From an uncultured cyanobacterium (GTDB taxonomy: Bacteria; Cyanobacteriota; Cyanobacteriia; PCC-6307; Cyanobiaceae), in NCBI GenBank assembly GCA_963697335.1, contig CAVONQ010000011.1, positions 58,855 through 122,854 of the forward strand: DNA of 64,000 nt, written 5' to 3'. Of the stretch, positions 41,045 to 49,685 are shown piece by piece (the first letter of the stretch is position 1; each line of letters opens with the position of its first letter). A program made the position numbers and the translations under genes. The notes below the pieces were generated by a model. It was not told the DNA's origin. It did not search any database and saw only the letters and a list, made by a program, of their open reading frames with translations.

Positions 41045-41082
41045 CAGCTTTTCCGGAAATCGGCAGCCTTTCCGGAAACCGG
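41045..41082. promoter_or_regulatory. Tandem 19-bp repeat, each copy containing palindrome TTTCCGGAAA
   Basis: CAGCTTTTCCGGAAATCGG / CAGCCTTTCCGGAAACCGG, about 70-105 nt upstream of ATG 40977. Confidence 0.55.
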
Positions 41083-41447
41083 GAGGTGCCCCTTCCGCAA
41101 GGCTGTCGGCCAATCTGGCTGGTGGGTCGGTGGCAGGGTTCTGAAAACAGGCTGAGGGACTCGTGGGACACATGGCAAGAACCTGCCCTATGGCTGTGAT
41201 CCTGGTCTCCCGTTGCCAGTTCTTCCGGGGCTGCAGCCCTTTTGCGAGTACCGGTTACTCCTTCAGGCTGGCTTTAAGCCGCACGGACTCGAAAGGCCGC
41301 TGTTGTCGTTGTGACACTATTTTCATTGGCATGTCTAAGCGATGCGGCGGCGTCTCGGCTTGATGGAGCCATCTGTTCGGCCCTGCAGCTGACGCGGTTG
41401 GCCTGTAAGCGTGAGCCCCAGGATCAGTCATTCTGAAATGCCCCACC

Positions 41448-42740
41448 TTGCTTGAGCTTCCTGGCTTGGCTGCCTTGAACGATCTGCCCTTGACTGTCGG
41501 AGCCGATGGGTCAGGCCCGAGGCCATCCAGCCTCACCCATCAGGTTCTGGCCAACCTGGGCAATGACCTGTGGCTCAGGGATCAACCTTGGCAGGCGCTG
41601 GACAAGTACCGCCGTGCGGCCCAGCTGGCCCCTTCCGATCCGGTGGTCTACCGAGGCCTTGGCAACGTCTACACCGATCTTCAGGCGTTTGAAGCGGCCG
41701 AACGGGCCTACGCGCTCAGTTTGAAGTTCTGCCATGACCCTGTCACTGCGTGGAACCTCAGCCAGGTCTTGATCGGACTGGAGCACTACGGCCAGGGCTA
41801 CGCCCTGGCGGAATGTCGTTGGCAGATGTCAGCCGCCAATTCGTACCGAGACCCAACCACAGCCTGGCAGGCCGAGCCAGACGGGTTTCGCCGACCTCTG
41901 CTCGTCTGGAGTGAGCAGGGTCTTGGTGACACGCTTCAGCACATCCGCTGGCTGGGCTGCCTGGTGGCCGCCCTGCGTCGCCAGGGCACCCCATTGATCC
42001 TGGAAGTGGAGGACTGTCTGGTGGCGTTGCTTCAGGAAGGTCTGGCCCACCTGGATCACCCTTTAAAGGTGAGGGCCAAGCACGCCGAAGCCAAGGCAAT
42101 CGATCCCCACGACTGGGAGGGCCGTCATGTGTCGCTGATGTCCCTGCCCCATCTGCTCGAGCCCACACCCCGGCCCCGCAACGGTTGCTGGCTGCAGAGC
42201 CCCCGATGGCAAGCCGACTCCTGCCCACGTCCCAGTGGCTCCGCCGAGGAGAACTGTCGCGTGGGCCTGGTATGGGCCGCCGGACGAAAACTCCATGACC
42301 CTGTCACAGCCCGAGACTATTGGCGCCGCAGCCTGGATCCGGCCTCCCTTGAGCAGCTGGTCAAAGGCCTGCATGCCCTCGGTGGCCAGTGGATGTTCCT
42401 GCAGTTCGGAGAGGACCGCGACCAGGTGAGCCCATGGGTTCAAGGCGCCGATGGGATGCTAGATGCCGACGCCGATTTTCTTGCCACGGCCGATGTGGTG
42501 TCCCAGCTCGATCTGGTGATCAGCGTGGACACCGCCATGGCCCATCTGCTTGGTGCCATGGGCCAGGAGGCCTGGGTGCTCCTGCCCTTCAGTGCGGCGC
42601 CACGCTGGCTGCGGGGATGTGCCACGACGCCTTGGTATCCGTCGCTGCGACTGTTTCGGCAACCTCAGGTTGGGGACTGGAAGGCTGTGGTTCAGGATGT
42701 GCTGGCTGCGCTGCGGCAGCGCCTGGGCTCTCCAGACTGA
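41448..42740 (+). CDS. TPR plus GT9-like (GT-B) protein
   Basis: TPR (LANLGN, YRGLGNVY), LLVWSEQGLGDTLQHIRW, SLMSLP, VGLVWAAG, LDLVISVDTAMAHLLGAMG, TPWYPSLRLFRQ. Confidence 0.85.
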   Translation: MLELPGLAALNDLPLTVGADGSGPRPSSLTHQVLANLGNDLWLRDQPWQALDKYRRAAQLAPSDPVVYRGLGNVYTDLQAFEAAERAYALSLKFCHDPVTAWNLSQVLIGLEHYGQGYALAECRWQMSAANSYRDPTTAWQAEPDGFRRPLLVWSEQGLGDTLQHIRWLGCLVAALRRQGTPLILEVEDCLVALLQEGLAHLDHPLKVRAKHAEAKAIDPHDWEGRHVSLMSLPHLLEPTPRPRNGCWLQSPRWQADSCPRPSGSAEENCRVGLVWAAGRKLHDPVTARDYWRRSLDPASLEQLVKGLHALGGQWMFLQFGEDRDQVSPWVQGADGMLDADADFLATADVVSQLDLVISVDTAMAHLLGAMGQEAWVLLPFSAAPRWLRGCATTPWYPSLRLFRQPQVGDWKAVVQDVLAALRQRLGSPD

Positions 42741-42824
42741 AAAGACCATGGGCCGTTCCGTCAGCGACCCAGCAAAAAATATGGGGTTCCACCTCTTACT
42801 ATCTGGTGGCCATCCGTTGCTGCC

Positions 42825-44042
42825 ATGCCCTTCTGGAGACGCCTCTTCGGCCGTTCGCCCCAACTGGACATGGCTCCACCGACGGTGGACACCCTGGTGG
42901 ATGACCCAAGGCGTTCAGCCACCAGGCTTGGCGGCATTCCTCAGATCACACCGTGGTCCACCAGCCGCCTGGTGGGGATCTTTCAGGAATGGAGCCGTAA
43001 TCCCACCTATGGCTCCTTGATGGAGGCGCGCCTGGCGCGTCAATGCCTGTCCCAGTTCTGGCTGTCAGCCCCTGTGGATGAATTGCAGGCTCTGTACACC
43101 TCGGCGATCGGCGAAAGCTATCGGGTGCTGCTGGCCTGCGGCCTGGCCCGCGAAGCCTTGGTTCCCCAGGAACAGGGCTGGAAAACCGTGCTCTCGGAGC
43201 GGCTGAGTACCGCGTTCGACCGACCTGAAACCACCAACGTGCTGTTGGCGGCGATGCCCTATTTCGCACCCGGCAAGATGAGGGTGGCCGATCCACTGCA
43301 GCAGGTGCCTGGCTGGCTGCAGGAGGATTATGCCCGCCTGTTCGATCCTGGCCTGCTGCAGGTCGTGATGCGCCCAACAGCTCTGCTCAACCCCGCCGGC
43401 CACTCCTACGGCCAAGCACCGAGTTTAGGTTTGCAGGGCCGTCGTGGCTCAGTAAGCTCCACCGTGCCAGCCGATGGTGGCGCGGCACCCCAGCCTCCTG
43501 CTCCGCGGTTTGTCAATCGCCCAGTGCTGCCGCGGCTAGCCACTCTCAGGGGGGCGGAGGCCTTGGCCATGGTGCAGAGCTCTGATTTCCTGAACCGTAT
43601 GGCTGGTTTGATCAACCTGTTCATCATTGATCCCGCTGATGAACAGGTGATTGGCCAGCTCCTGGATCTGCGCCGTCAGCTCGGTCAGATCTGGCTCGAT
43701 GCCCAGCCGGCCCAGCTTCAGGATCTCTACGTGAGTCCCTTTGGCCAGCTCTACCAGAACCTCCTGGCCAGTGGATTTTCAACCTTGGCTTTGAGTCCGG
43801 AGGATCGTCAGATGCGCAACCAGCTCGCCAGTCTTGTGGCCGACATGAGTCAGCCGGGGGCCATCAATGCTCTGATGGCCGCACTGCCTTTCTATGCTCC
43901 TGGCAAGTTGGCCTTTGGAGGCGGCGAAAAGCATATGCCCTCATGGCTGTTGAGTGAAATTCCCACGATCTACGGCACTGCTGAGGAGACGGGCACTGAT
44001 GGTCAAATGGAACAGGCTCCTAGTGGAACTCCTGCCAGATGA
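42825..44042 (+). CDS. Hypothetical protein with two copies of a helical domain
   Basis: RQCLSQFWL..LQALY..G..Y..LLACG..LLAAMPYFAPGK..PGWL is repeated as RRQLGQIWL..LQDLY..GQLY..LLASG..LMAALPFYAPGK..PSWL. Confidence 0.75.
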   Translation: MPFWRRLFGRSPQLDMAPPTVDTLVDDPRRSATRLGGIPQITPWSTSRLVGIFQEWSRNPTYGSLMEARLARQCLSQFWLSAPVDELQALYTSAIGESYRVLLACGLAREALVPQEQGWKTVLSERLSTAFDRPETTNVLLAAMPYFAPGKMRVADPLQQVPGWLQEDYARLFDPGLLQVVMRPTALLNPAGHSYGQAPSLGLQGRRGSVSSTVPADGGAAPQPPAPRFVNRPVLPRLATLRGAEALAMVQSSDFLNRMAGLINLFIIDPADEQVIGQLLDLRRQLGQIWLDAQPAQLQDLYVSPFGQLYQNLLASGFSTLALSPEDRQMRNQLASLVADMSQPGAINALMAALPFYAPGKLAFGGGEKHMPSWLLSEIPTIYGTAEETGTDGQMEQAPSGTPAR

Positions 44043-44304
44043 GCCAGTAGGCCAGGTAGGCGAGGGCGGGTATCAAAAGTAGGGGGAGTAGGGCCAAGCC
44101 CGCAAGGGGGCCGAGGCCTGAAAATGCGAGTAAAAACAATAGCAGGGCATAGATTGAGGCCAAAAAGATTAACTTTGCTCTCTCACTCTTCAGAAATTCC
44201 TGAATCTTCTTGAGGGCGATCTTGATTCTCTGCTGGCGCCTCCTTTCAGGCGCTATTGTGGAGGCCCAATGTTGATCTTTGGCTGGCTCCTTGGATTTGG
44301 GCAT
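44020..44304 (-). CDS. Small membrane protein at the end of the T1SS operon
   Basis: Basic N-terminus plus two hydrophobic segments; ATG overlaps the HlyD stop (TGATG). Confidence 0.7.
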   Translation of the reverse strand: MPKSKEPAKDQHWASTIAPERRRQQRIKIALKKIQEFLKSERAKLIFLASIYALLLFLLAFSGLGPLAGLALLPLLLIPALAYLAYWLIWQEFH

Positions 44305-45881
44305 CAACGCAAGCGCTCAAGATTGCGACGTTGGTCCTCAAACAAGCCCGTGAAGATGCTGATCATCTTGCGCTCTCGTAAGATGATGTCCGCTGTCAGC
44401 GACATGCCGGCCTGAAGTGGAGCTTCCTTGGTTTTGAGCTTGATACTCTGACGTTCGAGCCGAAGCACTGCTGGAAAGAACAATCCTTGGGCATCCTGAC
44501 CGAGGACACGGGCCTGCTCTTCGGCCGTGAGGGCATCGGAACCGATCCGGAGCACTTCAGCCGGCACTGTGCCGAAGTCTGTGGGATTAAACGCAGGAAA
44601 TGAAAGCTCAGCCTTCATGCCTGGTGCCACGAAGCCGATCGATTCGTTGGGCAGATAGACTTTGGCTTGCAAGGAATCCTGGGGCACGATGCTCATCAAG
44701 GGTTTGGTGCTTGTGCTGGCGCTCGCCCCAGTACCTTGGGCCACAACGCTGCCAGGACGCACAGCCACGTCGAATACCAACCCATCTGTCGGGGCCTCGA
44801 GCTCTCCATATTGGATCTGGAGTCGGGCCAAGCGAATTTCGTTGTCAAGCCTTGAGATTTCACTCAGGTTGGCCTCCACCTTTTGCCGCAGCTCAACGTT
44901 GGTGGTGGCTCCGGTGTTGATGAGTTCGGCCCTCAGCCGTGAGATTTCCCGCTCTTCTTCGGCTACTTTCGTCTGCCACTCCTGAACGGTATTCCGGGCT
45001 TCCAGAAGTTGCAGTTCACTGATGGCGCCGGAACGCTCCAGTTGGGCATACCGCTGGGCGATATTCTGGTAGGTGGCTAGGGATGACCTATTGCCTGCGA
45101 GCCTGGTCTGGGCTTTGCGCAACTCCTGGGTAACGCTCTCGCGCCTGCTAGCCAGTTCTTCGGCCTGGCTGGAGAGCTGAAGCTGCTGGTTGGGTGTGAG
45201 CTTCGAGGTGGCTCTGGGATCTCCCAGCGTGGCTGCTGCGATGCTGTTTTCATTCAGCAGGCGCTCTCGCACACTCTCGGCTGCAGCCAGCTTGCTTCTG
45301 GGCTCGGTGAGGTCGAACCTCACGAGGGGATCGCCTTGCTTCACCTTCTGGCCTTCTTTCACCAATACAGCCTCCACAACGCCCGGCACCGGGGTGTCAA
45401 TGCGCTTGGTGCTGCTGCCAGGTTCCAGTTTTCCAGACACGGCGATGGTTTCAGCTAGGGTGCCTACGAAGGCCCAGATGCCCACAAGCACGAAAGTGCC
45501 GATTCCTGTCCAGAGCAGGATGCGGGCCCCCTGTCCTCTCTTCTTGAGCAGCACCGCCTGGCTGAATTGCCATTGCTTGACCATCGCTGGCTTGCGTGTA
45601 GCCACTGCTGAGCCACTAGGGGATGCCAAAAGCCCGGAACCGGTTTCAGGGCCCGGGCTGCCAAAGGTGGCAACGTCCTGGTCTTCGCCCGTGGTGCTGG
45701 CGTGCTGTTGAGCGGTATCGGTGGATGAGCCTCCAACAAGATCAATGGTACCGCTATGGAGGGAATCCTTAGGTTGGCCGCGATGGATGTTGCTAAGAAA
45801 TGGAGGCGATGGCTTACCCCGAAGTCTGCGCAGGAGTCTCTCGTAGAAATCAACCATGCCGTTAGGGCTATTGCTGCTCAT
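44304..45881 (-). CDS. HlyD family type I secretion membrane fusion protein
   Basis: TM anchor, GKLEP, PVPGVVEAVLVKEGQKVKQGDPL, coiled coil, APTDGLV, IGFVAPGM, LQAGMSLTADI. Confidence 0.93.
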   Translation of the reverse strand: MSSNSPNGMVDFYERLLRRLRGKPSPPFLSNIHRGQPKDSLHSGTIDLVGGSSTDTAQQHASTTGEDQDVATFGSPGPETGSGLLASPSGSAVATRKPAMVKQWQFSQAVLLKKRGQGARILLWTGIGTFVLVGIWAFVGTLAETIAVSGKLEPGSSTKRIDTPVPGVVEAVLVKEGQKVKQGDPLVRFDLTEPRSKLAAAESVRERLLNENSIAAATLGDPRATSKLTPNQQLQLSSQAEELASRRESVTQELRKAQTRLAGNRSSLATYQNIAQRYAQLERSGAISELQLLEARNTVQEWQTKVAEEEREISRLRAELINTGATTNVELRQKVEANLSEISRLDNEIRLARLQIQYGELEAPTDGLVFDVAVRPGSVVAQGTGASASTSTKPLMSIVPQDSLQAKVYLPNESIGFVAPGMKAELSFPAFNPTDFGTVPAEVLRIGSDALTAEEQARVLGQDAQGLFFPAVLRLERQSIKLKTKEAPLQAGMSLTADIILRERKMISIFTGLFEDQRRNLERLR

Positions 45882-48835
45882 GGGATGTCCTCCTGGTTCT
45901 GGCTGCTGTAGAGGGCGTAATACCACCCTTGTTTCTCCATGAGTTCATGGTGGCTGCCCGTTTCCACCACAGCTCCTTGGTCCATGAGCACAATCATGTC
46001 CGCGGGGCGGACAGTGGAGAGGCGGTGGGTGATGAAAAAAACCGTTCGTCCCCGCAGCGCTTCGAAAAGGTTAATACACACCTGCCGTTCGGTGCTGGCA
46101 TCGAGGGCGCTGGTTGCCTCATCGAGAATCAACATTCGAGGGTTGAGCAGTATGGCTCGGGCTAGGGCCAAGCGCTGGCGCTGCCCTCCAGAGAGGCCAG
46201 CTCCCCGTTCACCCACGCTCGAGTTGTACCCCTTGGGCAGTTCCATGATGAACTCATGGGCACAGGCGATGCGGGCTGCGTTGATCAACTCCTGGGATGT
46301 GGCATCGGGCTTGACCATCAGGAGGTTGTCACGCACGGTCCCGTCAAACAGGGTGGATTCCTGAGGTACAACGCCGATTTGTCGACGCAGGGAATACAGT
46401 TCAACCTTGGCAATGTCCAACCCGTCCACGAGGACCTTACCTTCGAGTGGTTTGTAGGAGCGTGGCAGCAATTTGAGCAGGGTGGATTTGCCGCTTCCTG
46501 ACCCACCCACGAGGCCCACGAAGGAGCCTGCCGGGATGTCTAGGTCAACAGAATCAAGATTTAAGGGGCCTTTGTCTGCGTAGCGGAAGCAGACATCCAT
46601 GAACTTGACGTGGCCCCTCAAGGCTGGCATAGGAATATTTTGGCTTTCCTCGAAAGTCTGTTCCATGGGACGGTCCACCACATCCGCCACGATCGCAAGC
46701 GACTGAGCCCCTAGCTGGATTTGTTGCCATAGTTTAGGCAGCTTAGTTATCGGACCAAAAACATAGCCTCCCAAAATACGAACAGCAAAAAGTTCTGCAA
46801 ATCCGATGGTGCCTTGGATTAGCAGGATCAGAGCTATCACCAGTACAATCAACTGGGAGAACTGGTTGGCGAATTCCAGGATATTGGAGCTGGACTCCTG
46901 AAGCACTCTCAGTTTGAAGTCCTCTCCCAGGAACTTGGAGTATCGATCTTGATATTCCCAGCGGGTCTTGAGTTCGGCATTTTGGGCTTTGATGGTCTGA
47001 ACACCGGTGATGCTTTCGGTGAGGTAGCTGTAGGTGCTGATGGCCTCCTTTTTGGTCTTGGCTATTTGTGCTTTTATGATTGGATTGGAAATCACCCCGA
47101 TGGCGAGCACAACTGGAATCAAAATCAGTTTGGTAACGGCCAGAATCGGGCTGATGAAAAGGATGACGGCGAGGTAAATCGGTACAAAAAACGTATCGAT
47201 CAGGGCGGGTAAGGTGCCACCCAGTAGCAGATCTCTTAGTCTATCGAGTTCGTTGAAATAAAACACCACTCGGCCAACAGGTCTTGAGTCGAAGAACTGC
47301 TGGGGCAAGCGGATGAGATGATCAAGAACCGTGGTCTTGGCCGATTGGTCTACCCGGTTGGCAGCATCGGTAAAGATATAGGAGCGCAGGCTCTTCAGCA
47401 CCGCTTCAAGGGTAATGGCCAGCAGGATGATGGCGCCGATACTGTAGACAGGGCCTACGACCCCGGCAGGTCTGACCACCCGAATCAGGGTGAGCAAGCC
47501 CAGTGGGAGAGCCAGCCGCAGGATGCTAATTACGAGAGATGTGATGAAGTATTCGATCAGTTCTCGCTTGTGTTCCTTGAGGTAGGGCTTGAACCACTCC
47601 CAGCCGAAGTTGGTGGTTTTGGCATCCTGTTTGCGCTCGAACAGCAGCAGCTCGGTGACGCCGCCGTCATGGGTGACCAGTTGCTCGGGTGGCACCTTGA
47701 GCGCCCCGAGTTCTGCTTCCAGCAGCCGCACCTGCCCGTCGGGCTCAAAGCCCTCGATCAGGCCGATTCTGTCGTTCTGGGTGAGGGCGGCCGGTACCGG
47801 GATGCGGCTGAGCTGCACGGTGGGGATGCGGCTGAGCACCACTCGAATGCCCAGGCCATCCATCAACTGCCCCAGGTTGATGAGGTTGATTCGGGGTTGA
47901 CGCTCCAGAATCTCGTCGATCTGGCTGCCCAGGTTGTCGCGATTGATGGGAACGCCGAAGTAGTTCGCCAGGGCTGTGCACAGGGCAATGGCCGTGGGCC
48001 GCGCGCCTACAGCTCGCTCCAGGATCAGGGTGCCCTCGTTAAGCCCAGGTCGAATCGCCTCGGGTGAGGAGGTGTATTCATCGGCTTGCAGCACTTCGGT
48101 GGTGCTGAGGGGAACCTCCGGCTGTTGAGGGTCTGGGCTGGGGGGGGCTTCACTGGGCTGCTCGGTCAAGGGGAGGCCGATCAAGCGCAGCCAGGGAGAA
48201 CCGGGAGCCAGGGGCTCGATCTCTCTGGGTTCGTCGCAAGGCCATGGGGCGGCGAATGCACCCCCGCTGCTCACGAACCAGCGGTGTTCAGCATTCAGTC
48301 CCAGGGAGGTTTCCGGGCCCGGCACCAGGCTGCGCACGGTGGCGTCATTCAGCGGGGCTGGCCACTGTTCCAACTGCTCCTGCGCCCAGGGATTGGTGGG
48401 AGCGAGGCTGAACAGCAGGTTGTGGAGCTCGGCAGCCACCAGCCGGTGCTGGAACACCGCCACGATGGAGGGATGGCCCTCCAGCAGCTCATGAAAGGGC
48501 TGGGCGGGCAGCAGCAGGGCCTCCACCTCGGTGGTGGCGCGCAGGTGCTCGCAGGGTTGCTGGCGCACCAGCCCCACCCACCCGACCACGCTGCCGGGAC
48601 CCAGCCTCTCGATGGTGCGCAGGCCCTTGCCCCGGGGCGCCGGAGCCAGGGAGCGCAGCTGACCGCTGCGAACCAGCAGCACGCCCTTGGGCATCACCTT
48701 GGGGTCGAGCACGGTCTGCCCCAGCTGGAACCGACACGGCTCCAGCAAGGGATCGAGCAGCGCCCCCAGCCGTTCCGGCAGCAGGTCGAAGGGCTCGAAG
48801 CCACGCAGGAGCTGTCGGGGCGGCGCAACACTCAT
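45878..48835 (-). CDS. HlyB-type T1SS ABC transporter with cNMP-like and C39-like N-terminal domains
   Basis: FFDSRPVG, VGGSGSGKSTL, LRRQIGVVPQ, LSGGQRQR, LILDEATSALD, ITHRLST; N-terminal cNMP-like GQTVLDP..GVLLVRSGQLR. Confidence 0.93.
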   Translation of the reverse strand: MSVAPPRQLLRGFEPFDLLPERLGALLDPLLEPCRFQLGQTVLDPKVMPKGVLLVRSGQLRSLAPAPRGKGLRTIERLGPGSVVGWVGLVRQQPCEHLRATTEVEALLLPAQPFHELLEGHPSIVAVFQHRLVAAELHNLLFSLAPTNPWAQEQLEQWPAPLNDATVRSLVPGPETSLGLNAEHRWFVSSGGAFAAPWPCDEPREIEPLAPGSPWLRLIGLPLTEQPSEAPPSPDPQQPEVPLSTTEVLQADEYTSSPEAIRPGLNEGTLILERAVGARPTAIALCTALANYFGVPINRDNLGSQIDEILERQPRINLINLGQLMDGLGIRVVLSRIPTVQLSRIPVPAALTQNDRIGLIEGFEPDGQVRLLEAELGALKVPPEQLVTHDGGVTELLLFERKQDAKTTNFGWEWFKPYLKEHKRELIEYFITSLVISILRLALPLGLLTLIRVVRPAGVVGPVYSIGAIILLAITLEAVLKSLRSYIFTDAANRVDQSAKTTVLDHLIRLPQQFFDSRPVGRVVFYFNELDRLRDLLLGGTLPALIDTFFVPIYLAVILFISPILAVTKLILIPVVLAIGVISNPIIKAQIAKTKKEAISTYSYLTESITGVQTIKAQNAELKTRWEYQDRYSKFLGEDFKLRVLQESSSNILEFANQFSQLIVLVIALILLIQGTIGFAELFAVRILGGYVFGPITKLPKLWQQIQLGAQSLAIVADVVDRPMEQTFEESQNIPMPALRGHVKFMDVCFRYADKGPLNLDSVDLDIPAGSFVGLVGGSGSGKSTLLKLLPRSYKPLEGKVLVDGLDIAKVELYSLRRQIGVVPQESTLFDGTVRDNLLMVKPDATSQELINAARIACAHEFIMELPKGYNSSVGERGAGLSGGQRQRLALARAILLNPRMLILDEATSALDASTERQVCINLFEALRGRTVFFITHRLSTVRPADMIVLMDQGAVVETGSHHELMEKQGWYYALYSSQNQEDIP

Positions 48836-49677
48836 GGATCGCTGAAGTCCTCGGATGCGGCAGGCATCGGGGGCAGGGCGGGCACGGTCTCCCCGGAGAG
48901 CACCTGCTTCACCCTCTCCCTCAGCCAGACCTCGAACAATTCGTCCATCATGCGCGACCTGGTGGCTGGATTCAAGCGCGCATGCACCTGCTCCTCCAGC
49001 CGCAACACCACCCACACCGTGCTCACTTTGAACGGCGACCAGAGCTGCCCGGGCTTTCCGACCCGTAGCCGGCCAGCGATCTCCGGGTGGGCGGCCGCGA
49101 TTGGCAGGGGGCCGATCACGCCGCGGCTGAGGCGCTCCCTGCCTTCGGCGTGGCTGCTGGCCAGCTCGGCGAAATCGGCTTCGCCGCTGGCGATCCGCTG
49201 GTGATATTCCTCCGCCACTGCCCGCTTGCTCACGCGCAGCAGGGAGTAGACGGCCTGATCGAGTTCGGGTTTGCGGCGCAGGAAGTGCTGTTCCACGTCA
49301 TCTCTCCACCGGAAATGGCGAAAGCGGCGCAGGCGCTCCTGCTGGGTGGCGAGCACGGTGAGGTCGGTGTGGTGCAGACCCTGATGCTGTAGCCAGGCCT
49401 CGATCTCCTCTTCACTCTTCACCCCCTTCTCCTCCAGCCAGGTGCGGATGAGACGGCGTTCCTGCTTTGCATCGAGTGGAATCGCCCGAACCAGTTCATC
49501 GAGCACCCAGGCGCGGGCCAGGGCGGTGGCCATGCCCTGCTGACGGATCAGGCGGTTGGTTTCGCTCAGGGTGAGCCAAGGGCGCTGATGGGCCAGTTCC
49601 ACCACTGGGATTTCAGGAACCCCGGACAGCGGCTCCGGCAGGTTGGTTCGAGCTGTGAAGATCTGACCTGTGGGCAT
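48832..49677 (-). CDS. Parvulin/PpiC-type peptidyl-prolyl isomerase
   Basis: FLRRKPELDQAVYSLLRV, GEADFAELASSHAEGRE..GVIGP, HPEIA..L..GQLWSPF..WVVLRLE. Confidence 0.85.
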   Translation of the reverse strand: MPTGQIFTARTNLPEPLSGVPEIPVVELAHQRPWLTLSETNRLIRQQGMATALARAWVLDELVRAIPLDAKQERRLIRTWLEEKGVKSEEEIEAWLQHQGLHHTDLTVLATQQERLRRFRHFRWRDDVEQHFLRRKPELDQAVYSLLRVSKRAVAEEYHQRIASGEADFAELASSHAEGRERLSRGVIGPLPIAAAHPEIAGRLRVGKPGQLWSPFKVSTVWVVLRLEEQVHARLNPATRSRMMDELFEVWLRERVKQVLSGETVPALPPMPAASEDFSDP

Positions 49678-49685
49678 TGCAGTGA

